From: the human T2T-CHM13v2.0 reference genome, Homo sapiens
Strand: one strand, 5' to 3'
DNA: 64,000 nt
Assembly (NCBI RefSeq): GCF_009914755.1
Contig: NC_060925.1
Positions within the stretch are counted from its first letter, which is position 1, and each line of letters opens with the position of its first letter. Below the pieces are notes generated by a model. That model worked only from the letters and a program-made list of their open reading frames with translations. It had not been told where the DNA came from and did no database searches. This document shows positions 53,603-64,000 of the stretch, piece after piece. The position numbers were made by a program, and so were the translations under genes.

Positions 53603-54688
53603 ATTAGTCTATTCATAATAAGGATGTTTGTGTACATTTGTTTTATATGTGACTTGTTACAGGTTAGTCCAGATTGACCTCTTGTTTTTTAAAAAAGGCC
53701 GTTCTATTTGCAAAACACACACACACACAAGACCCACTTATAGTTTATCCATTTATATATTTTTGTCTTAGAGGTGTTTATATTCATTTATGTGGAAGAG
53801 AATCCATACAAATCTATAAATCACTTAAATATGTCCTCGATTTCCACTCATCCACATTTGAGGGCAGTGACATATAATATTTTAACCAGTAAAACATTAT
53901 TTGACAGAAAATCACTGTCTTCTCCCCAAAAAGAAGAGAAGCATCATGCACAAATTTATTGCTAAATTTCAAAAAAAAATTAACATGCACTTGTTTTATG
54001 GATGTATTTACTATGCTTTATGTATTTATTTCAATGAGAAAAGAGAAAATGTATCTTTCCTTCAATTCAACATTGAACCTCAAGCTTAAAACTGACCTTT
54101 TAATGTCCTCTTGTGGGACAGGGAGTTTTGTAAACAATTTTAACTCAGTAAGTTACAACCTTCTAAGTAGAAAAACTTGGAGAAATTCACACTAGTTGAA
54201 TTTTTGAAATGAAAATAGCTCTTTGTATTTTCTCCATACTGATATCTTTAAAGGCAGTCCTTCCTGCAGTATTTTACAAATAAAGCTTAGTACCTAGAGT
54301 TTACACAATCCTGTGTTCCAGCTAATTCTCTTTCCCCGAAATTATTTCATTAAATCTCAAATGTCAGTATGGAAAGTTACTGGCGTGTTGAATGTAGATG
54401 AGAATTACTTCTCAGCATAATAAAATTAGTTTTGTGTTTTTTTTTTTTTTGGTGAAAATGCCATATCGTATGCTTCCTGCTAGTGAGCACCAAGTTGATT
54501 GGGAGTAGTCCTTAAACAGCATGTATAGGGAGACTGGAAGCATTATAAAGAATGAGTGAATGGTAATGGGTTTGGAGATTAATTCGTGACAGCCTTAATT
54601 ATTATTTGAATGGTTTGGAATTAGAACTTTCGGTTATGTCAGTTTTATTCTTTCTGCAAATGATTGTAGAAATGTATTGTGTTAGTTA

Positions 54689-55194
<506 letters not shown>

Positions 55195-56269
55195 TTATAC
55201 ATATTACTGATGCCTTATACAACGTATGGGACCAATGGGAACTCCTGGAAGTTATCCAAGTTCATTTCAAGGCACTATGGCCACTGAGTTTTCAAGGCCA
55301 GCATAACATATCTCTGTCAGAGGGCATTAATAAGCTGTAAGTGCACCGTGTAATTAGGCTAATTAAATGTACTACAAGCATTTTTCAAATATTAGCAATA
55401 GACCACTCCTCAGCTCTTAATAAGTCTTCTCTGGAGTCTTCCTTTTCCTGATGGCATTACTTTTACTGAGTGTTCAGTTTCTCAGAAGCCTTCAGAAGCT
55501 AGTTTGATTTTTAAATCCTGTTGTTTTTACTAGTGAAAATGTTCTGAATTAAAACATTGTGAAATGCTGTTAGGTATACTGGCATTTAACATTATGGATC
55601 ACAATGAAATAAGAAACAACAAAAACAGGTAACAATACAGTTGAGCTCACCAAAACCTTACCTGCTGTGGGGAAAGAATACTGCCCCATGAATCTTTCAC
55701 ACGTTTCTCTATTATACACTTATCAAAGCTGTAAGACCAAAATCTCTTAGAAATCTTTAAAAGGCACAGTTAAGCAAGCCAATGTTGTGTGGGCATAAGA
55801 GACTAGTGATGAATGATCAATTGATGAATAGTTTTCTAAATGTGTTTTTCGCAAGCATTTTTAAATCACATGTTAGACGTAAGCTTTTTTAAAAGCATTG
55901 TGGAAATCACAGCAACATGGCTTTCTTGTTTGATTTTATTAGGCAAAAACGATGGATGGTTTGATATTCTCTTAGAAAGGCTGACAGCTACTATATAGAA
56001 CCACTCAGGAACAATAATGATAGGTATCAACGATACTGATTAGATGAAAAATTCATTTATGTTTTTCTGCTGAAATATCAATCTTAATAAATAGATGGCT
56101 TTTAAACCAAAACGTAGTACTAGCATACAGTAAATTCTTTTACCACTGTAATAAAGGAGCTACAAAACAAGGATTGCTGTCTAGTTTTTTAAAGATACCT
56201 CGGACTAAATGATTTTGTCCCATTAACTAATTTTGCACAGTACCACAGAAATAAAAGTGCTAGCACCTA

Positions 56270-56480
56270 AACCTTTTGGCCGATGCTTAAATATATGCCA
56301 GGCTCTGTACTAAATGTTGTTGCTTTATTGCGCTTAATCCTCAGTTCTTTGAGTAGGGTATTAATTATCTATTTTTTGCAAAGAAGAAAAATAGTTTGCT
56401 CAAGGTCTCACAGCTGGTAAGTGGCAGAACCTTCACTAGAATGATTTATCTTTGACTGCATAGTTTGAGCATTTAACCAA
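56270..56480 (-). mobile_element. MIR fragment
   Basis: tatatgccaggctctgtactaaatg ... ttgctcaaggtctcacagctggtaagtggcagaac. Confidence 0.7.
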
Positions 56481-56990
56481 CATGTGTCACCTCTAGTTTT
56501 ACTTGGAGTTCCAAGAATGTTCTCTATAGATCATGGACTCTGTCTCTGCTGCCAGTCATAAAGGTTTTTTTGTTGCTTTTGAGTCTATAGAGAAAAATGG
56601 AAATGAAGTAAGGAAGTCAACTTAAATAAGTCAAAGTGTTTCAGAAGAAGAAACCCCTCGTAAAAGATAATCTATTTACCTCTAAAAGGTAAATCTTAGC
56701 AGAAGTGGGCGCAGTAGATTGAGTGGCAGTCATATGTAAAGTTAATTGTTTATTGGTTACTAATGTGTCCCCCTTTGGAGATAACTTACATGGTTATCAG
56801 GAGGGAGTTTGTAGTGGGGGAAAAAAAATCAAAAGATTCTGATTTAGGACATCCAAATTCTAATCCTCAGCTGAAAAGAATGCTGGTTTACCCAGTCAGC
56901 AGTGGGACCAGTACCCTCAAACAATGAGGATTTTTATTTCCCTGTACAACTAAGCTATAACAACAGCAAAATTTTTAAAAAGCCATTTGA

Positions 56991-57316
<326 letters not shown>

Positions 57317-58203
57317 AGTTTCCTTACATTCTTTTAAAAGTTAATATTGTTTTAATTGTAAATGATTTGTGTGTGTGTGTGTGTTTAGGGCTTTTAAATT
57401 TCATAATTTAACTCTGTCTTTCACATTTGGCCAGAGATCTAATCTGAAAAGTGAAAAGTTTGAACTAAAATAGCATTACTGTTTTGTTTTGTTCCAAAAT
57501 ATGTTCTGCAGGGCCTTGGAGTTAAAGAGGGAAGCTCAGAAAGACAAGCTGGTTAGTGGTTCCCTGTGTTAGGGGGTTGGAAATGTAGTCCACTAAGGCA
57601 GGCATTATGCTGACCTTTATGATTTATTGCATTAATTCTCACAATGTACAAAGGTACATATTATTACACAGAAGGAAACTAAGTACCTACGTTCTTCAAC
57701 TTAGCCAACTACAGAGTGGTGGGATGGGAATTCGAATTTAGCTTCATGCTTGATCCCAAACACTTAAACACTGTTCAATTCTGGCTCTGGAGACAGTCAG
57801 GCCCACCTAGAGACCCCAGGAGTTCCACAGCAGTTATTAGCACCAAAAAGCCATGCACACCGACTGCTCCAGAGATAGCTGGTCTGGACATCACAGAGGT
57901 AAAAAAGAGCCCCTAAGGAATTTGAGTCTGTGTACTCTGGGCTCCTGCCCAAGACACACACTGTCTCTTCTGGCTACTCCACGTGAGGACTGTCTGAATC
58001 GCCCTGTTGGTGCCATTCACTTCTGTCCCCAGCCCCTGCCTACCTTCCTGCATTCTTTACTTTCTCTTTCTTCTTCAAGCTTTTTGTTTTTCTAGTAATT
58101 TTCTCCTGATTTGTAAATGTTTATTTGATTTTAAAAACTAGTTCTTAATCACATCTACTTTTATATATCATCTTTTTATGAATTTAGCCTTTTTTCTTAC
58201 TGG

Positions 58204-58698
58204 TGTGTGTATATATATATATATATATATACACACCTATATATATATACACACACCTATATATATATACACGCATATATATATACACCTATATATATAC
58301 ATATATATACACACCTCTATATATATATACCTCTATATATATACACCTCTATATATATACCTCTATATACCTCTATATATATACCTCTATATATACCTCT
58401 ATATATACACCTCTATATACACCTATATATACACCTCTATATACACCTATATATACAGCTCTATATACACCTATATATACCTATATATATACACCTATAT
58501 GCACCTATATATAACTATATATACACCTATATATACCTATATATACACCTATATATAACTATATATACACCTATATATACCTATGTATACACCTATATAT
58601 ACCTATGTATACACCTATATATACCTATGTATACACCTATATATACCTATGTATACACCTATATATACCTATATATATACACTATATATGTATATATT
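58204..58698. repeat. ~500-bp compound TA-rich micro/minisatellite
   Basis: (TA)n interrupted by CACC, CCTC and CCTATG variants; four exact 22-mers at 58571-58658. Confidence 0.95.
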
Positions 58699-59340
58699 AG
58701 TCTGTGAGTTTCTTCTTTCATTGTCTTCTGACCTCAGATGCTTTTTAAAAAATCTCATACAATGTTATTTTTTAGTATTAACCTTTAATTTTTATTGGAA
58801 TACAAGTTTATTTATATTTAAATTTCTTCTTAATTCTACTTTTTAATTTCCTTCTTTTATTTTTGCCTTTATATTCTTTAAAAAATAAAAAGATCCCTCT
58901 GTGTTTTATTTTCTATTTTTCTTTGAATGTTCTTTTTCAATAGTCAGTCTGAGGTATGGCCATAAAGATGGTAGCATTGAAAAAGAATCTCCCGCATTTC
59001 AGTCCTGCATGTAGTGCAAGTGTCATGCAAGCCAGGAGCCCACCTGAAGCTTTAGAAGCTACGTAGAAGAAATCCAGAGAGAAGAGCAGGGTGGAGAATA
59101 GGACACACACAGAGAGGTGATTTCAAGTCTAGTCTAGTCCTGTGTCATTCACAGTGACATTTTTATTATTTTTCTCTAATCCTTTTCTGTTATCTTGCCC
59201 ACATCTAACTCAGCAGTAAATTTTTAGCATTTTATCCCTATTAGGTCTTTTGAAAAGACTTGTCTTAACAATGCTTTCCTTTCCACAGTTATGTAATCAG
59301 TTTACATAATATTTAATGAAACTTTATAACTAAAATAGCA

Positions 59341-59654
59341 GGCCAGGCATGGTGGCTCATGCCTGTAATCCTAACACTTTGGGAGGCAGAGACAGGAGGA
59401 TTGCTTGAGCCCAGGATTTCAAGACCAGCCTGGGTATAGCATGAACCTGCCCATAGATAGATAGATGCATAGATACATAGATAAAATTAGCTGGGCATGG
59501 TGGCTCACACCTATGGGCCCAGCTACTTGGGAAGCTGAGGCAAGAGAATAACTTTAGCCCAGGAGGTCAAGGCTGCAGTGAGCCGTGGTCACCCCACTGC
59601 ACTCTAGCCTGGGCAACAGAGTGAGAGCCTGTCTTAACAACAACAATTACAAAA
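59341..59654 (+). mobile_element. Alu, AluJ-like, with (GATA)n in the linker and (CAA)n tail
   Basis: GGAGGATTGCTTGAGCCCAGG; GTCAAGGCTGCAGTGAGC. Confidence 0.92.
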
Positions 59655-60129
59655 GCAGGCACAACTTATTAAAGTTGGTCCCACATCATGGCAAACTAAA
59701 GCGGGGATTTATTCTGTCCCTATCCTCGGAGTTAGGCTAGAACAATATAGATGTCTCAAGAGGTGGACGACTTTCTGTGTTCATTGTCATCTTACTAGTG
59801 TGGCCGTTGAAGGAACTCTGGCTTCCAGTTCCAGGAACTCCAATTAAATGGTCTAGGACATTGGACATATATCAACTGCTTTGAGCTTCAGTTATAACAA
59901 ATCTAAAACAAAACCAATTGCAAACCTTGGATGTGTCCGTTAACTAAAGACGATGTTAATACCTTAAAAGCTCTCCAAACTGATCCCCAGGTTACTAACC
60001 AATCTTTTAGAATAGCCTAAGCTTGCTAATCTCTTTTAAATGCACTGACAGCCCTTAGTAGGCTGAGCCCAGCCCACAGGCTGCTCACCAGTTTGCTCTC
60101 TTCTCTCACCATCTAAGTTATATGTCTGC

Positions 60130-60570
60130 AAGGAGTCAGTTGTATTATTTTTATTTTCACCAAACCCATTTATGGTTGTACTGGCTATTCTCATTAAATA
60201 ATTTAAACAAATATTATATACTGATTAAATGAGTATAGGGGAAACAAAAAAATAAGCATGAAACACTAGAAATTTGCTGCTAAAGTCAGTCATGGAAAAA
60301 ACCACTGAAAAGGTTTAGACAAAATAATAATAAAATTCTAGAAAGAATCTGCACTTAGATCACTCCATAAATATGTGAAGATTTTGGGGTCCTTTTAAAG
60401 AAAGAGAAACTAAACATTGTAAGTGTTGCATTCCGGATAGGGTATATGCAAGAAAAACAGTTTCAGACTCTAATCAACAAACCCATGCTTAAAGAAAAAC
60501 CTTTGACCTTGCATAAACTGACTTATTTGATTAACCCAGCAATGTCCTATTCACACTGAATAAGAGGTCT
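60130..60570 (+). mobile_element. Decayed Tigger/pogo transposase fragment
   Basis: 60395-60517 translates LKKEKLNIVSVAFRIGYMQEKQFQTLINKPMLKEKPLTLHK, resembling the CENP-B-type HTH of Tigger transposases. Confidence 0.6.
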
Positions 60571-60809
60571 TTTGCTGACGGAGAAATCGATTTAATAAAA
60601 TAAATACACCTTCAGTTAATTATTCAATACAATAATTATAGTATCTAATGTATTTATCGCATATTTAAACATAAAAGTGAAGGTAAAGCAGCAAATCCTT
60701 GAATATTTATATCCATCTCATATATTTTTCCCAATGTTAGTGTTCATTTTATATGATAAGATACTCTTGTAATTAATGTAATGAAGTACTGGTATTATGT
60801 TTATGGAAA

Positions 60810-61005
60810 CTTTGGATTCACATAGACAGGTTTAAGCCTTTGCTCTCTCTTGGGCAGAGTACTTAACCTCTCTCAAATTGTTTCCTCCTCCGTAAAATTG
60901 GAATCAGGCTACCTTGCCAAGGGTTGCTGTGAGGATTAGAAGTAATATATGTAAAGTGCCTTACTGCAGTGGCTGGCACGTGATAGGCTCTCAATTGATA
61001 GTAGC
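60810..61005 (+). mobile_element. MIR
   Basis: acttaacctctctcaaattgtttcctcctccgtaaaattgg...gggttgctgtgaggatta...gtaaagtgc. Confidence 0.75.
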
Positions 61006-61549
61006 TTTTTTTTCTTTAGGAAGATATTGTAACATAAACATCCTGTGACTTTAAGTTTTAGAAAAATAATCAGTCATCAGGACTTCAACTGGATTGTCAT
61101 TATCTTCCTGAAGCCATGTGGCTAGGATATATCAGTTACACTTCTATGAACAATGCACCTATGGCCACCAGGCCCGGGCCGATCAGGGATGGGCTTCCTA
61201 CTGTGACTGCGGACTCCTCAGCTTTATGCAGTGATCCAGGTTAAAGAGACCAAGCGGGAGCAGGCCTCTGAGTCTCCTTCTGGAATATTAATTCAGCTAA
61301 TTTAACAAATATATTTATCTTATGCAGGGAAGTGTGGCACTCAGTTTTTCCACTTCCCTATTTTCTCTTTTCCTTCCTTTTGCCTTCTCTTTCTTTCCTA
61401 CAAAGCCATAGACAAGTTTCTTGCTGTACTTATTTGATTGTTTGTTTCACCTTTCTTTCATCTAATAAATATTGATTGAGTATCCACTATGTGTTTCATG
61501 TATAAAAATGTGGAACACAGTAATGAAGGATGTCCCTGTCCTTGAATTA

Positions 61550-61750
61550 ATAATGGTAATGACTAACATATATTGATCACTTATTCTGCTAAGCTCTGTC
61601 TCTAAACCCTTCATGAACATTATCTCGTTTTTAAAAACCCCAATTCTTTTAACAATCTCACAACATAAATACTATGATTATCTGCCTTTTATAGGGGAGG
61701 AAACTGAGGCTTAGCAAAGTATGTAGCTTTTTGAAGATTAAAAATCTAGT
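61550..61750 (-). mobile_element. MIR
   Basis: ctaacatatattgatcactta...ttttataggggaggaaactgaggcttag. Confidence 0.7.
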
Positions 61751-61892
61751 CCATGGGGCACCTGAGAGCTTATATTCCTGAGGACCTTATTATGATATGA
61801 CTGACATGGCTTGAAACAGAAACAGATATTTTAAAAAGATAATTACAGCCCAATAAAGTAAAGTCTTCCCTATTATGAGAGCACAAAGGAGA

Positions 61893-62208
<316 letters not shown>

Positions 62209-62694
62209 CTAAGAAAGGCTTTATTGAGGAGACAGTGTTGGAGCTGGGTTTTGAAGGATAAGTAGGGGTTTTCTAGGCAAATAAAATAGAAAAAAATTAT
62301 AGTATTCTAAAAGACCATAAATTATGTGAAAAGCAAACAGGTGTGGCAAAGCATTAGCTAATCTGAAGGAGAAGTACAGTGTGGTTTGAACAATATAGTG
62401 TGTCTGATGGAATGTGGTAGACCAAAAAAGTCTGAGAGATAGATTGAGGCCAAATTGAGAGAGGCCTTGAACATCCCTTGAGTTCTGGAACTGATGTCTG
62501 CCATTTTATACCCACTGGCAGAACGAGGGAAGGGAAATAGGTATTAACGTTTAGTGAGTTCTCTTAAATGCCAGGTACTATACTTCGTGTCTTATTTATA
62601 TTATTAATAATATTTCATTTAATATAATGAAATAGTTCTCACAGCCATACAAGGAAGTAGGCTCCAATCATCATCATCATTATTATTACTCAGA

Positions 62695-63070
62695 ATATGC
62701 GAATTATAAAGGTAACATTCACTGGATTTTCACAAAATGAACATACCAGTGTAACTCGCAGCCAGATTGGAAAACAGAATACGGAACCACAGAAGCTACC
62801 TTGGGTCCTCTTCTAGTCATTACACCTCCAAGAATAACACTACCTGACTACTGGCCCTGTAGTTTACCGTTGCCTATTTTTGAACTATAGAAGTAGATAT
62901 TGCACTTATAAGATTCAAAATATTATATTGGATAATATTTTATGTATAGTGTATTTTCTTCAGTGTAATGCTTGTGAAATTCATTCATGCAGGCATATGC
63001 AGTTGGAGTTCACTCCTTTTCCTTGTGGTATAATATTCCATTGATGACTATGTCATACACTATTTATCCA
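62695..63070 (-). mobile_element. Old L1M 3'-end fragment
   Basis: tttaccgttgcctatttttgaact...gtgaaattcattcatg...ataatattccattgatgactatgtcatacactatttatcca. Confidence 0.6.
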
Positions 63071-63254
63071 GCTTTGAAGACCTTATTATTATCTCCCTTT
63101 CAAAAATGACAAAACCAAAACTTGGATAGGTTAAAAAACTAGTTTTAAATCACAGAACTAGAGAGTGGCTGAACTAAGACTGGTCTAATATCATATTATT
63201 CTAAAGGCTAAACAGCAATATAAGATGTGGTTTGAATCACTTAATCTCTAGTCA

Positions 63255-64000
63255 ACAATAATTTATTTAGTGCTTGCTCAATAAATCACACAATAATTAT
63301 TGTGTTCCAAGAACCTTTCTAGCTTCCAAGAGCATAATAAGAAACAAAGCATATTCTCTGCCCTGTTGAGAAACATTCAGACATACAAAAAGATAACTTA
63401 AGTTCCCAATAAGTGCTATGAGGAAGATACTCATAAACATGCATGGAATACTGACTTTTTAGAGGGTCCCATTCTGTTCTGAGTACTTTACCTGTATTAC
63501 TTCATGCAGTTCTCAAAACGAACCCATGTGGTACATACAGCAGCTGTTCCTGTGATCCTTATTTTACAAAAGAAGGGCTGAAGCGTGGAGACTTGAAGTA
63601 CCCAGTCTTATGTCCCACGGATAGGAAAGAGAGGAGCCAGGTTCCAATCAGGGCAGTGAGGCTGCGGGCCCTGCGCACATGACCACACCTTTATGAAGGG
63701 TAAAATAATTTGTGAAGGGTAAAGGGGTATAGAATGAGAGGCAGATTGTTAGGAAAGGCCTCCACGAGGGGGAATGTTTGAGCTGGAGACCCAAATAGTA
63801 AAGAGGAGGTATCTATTCAAAGATCTGGAGAGAGAAGGACCCAAACGTAAGAAGCAGCAAGTAGAAAGATAAAAACACCCTGAGTCAGATATGAGCTTGG
63901 CATATTTAAGGATCAGAAGGAGGATAGTGGAGGGAAATGAGGCCTTGGCCAAGTACAGGTTGGGAGCTCTAGAGACATGGGTTTTGGAATACCACCTTTA
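63255..64000 (-). mobile_element. L2 fragments with an embedded MIR (~63460-63690)
   Basis: tcaacaataatttatttagtgctt...; ggaaaggcctccacgagggggaatgtttgagctggagacc; MIR-like attttacaaaagaagggctgaagcgtggagacttgaagta. Confidence 0.55.

Noticed and set aside
58178-58846. Overlapping 87-166 aa ORFs rich in Y, I, T and H
   Set aside because: Artefacts of the stop-poor TA-rich repeat

Overview
AT-rich human/primate genomic DNA (16 Alu elements or fragments plus MIR, L2, L1M, MER58A and Tigger fossils) holding the 3' part of ADGRL2 (latrophilin-2, LPHN2), an adhesion GPCR, on the + strand. The signal peptide and lectin exons lie upstream of the window. I traced 16 core coding exons with GT-AG boundaries whose phases join into one open frame: olfactomedin, Ser/Thr-rich stalk, HRM, GAIN/GPS (HL|TNFAILM), 7TM and a cytoplasmic tail ending in the PDZ motif VTSL. 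The 3' UTR runs to about 52015, followed by ~12 kb of repeat-rich flank. No prokaryotic-type system, CRISPR or RNA gene is present. The most interesting content is missed by the ORF track: (i) a C-terminal splicing 'switchboard' (46.5-50 kb) that can feed the last exon in all three frames and includes a small exon with stops in all three frames; (ii) three microexons sharing an ATGCTT motif just before the acceptor; (iii) a 15-bp hairpin covering the predicted branch point of an ICL3 exon, next to tandem RBFOX motifs; (iv) an orphan 3' splice site with stop and AATAAA that could give a secreted lectin-only isoform; (v) two structurally unusual Alus. Many of the alternative exons are probably already annotated; the mechanisms proposed here are inference. 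All coordinates were counted by hand and repeat subfamily calls are by eye.
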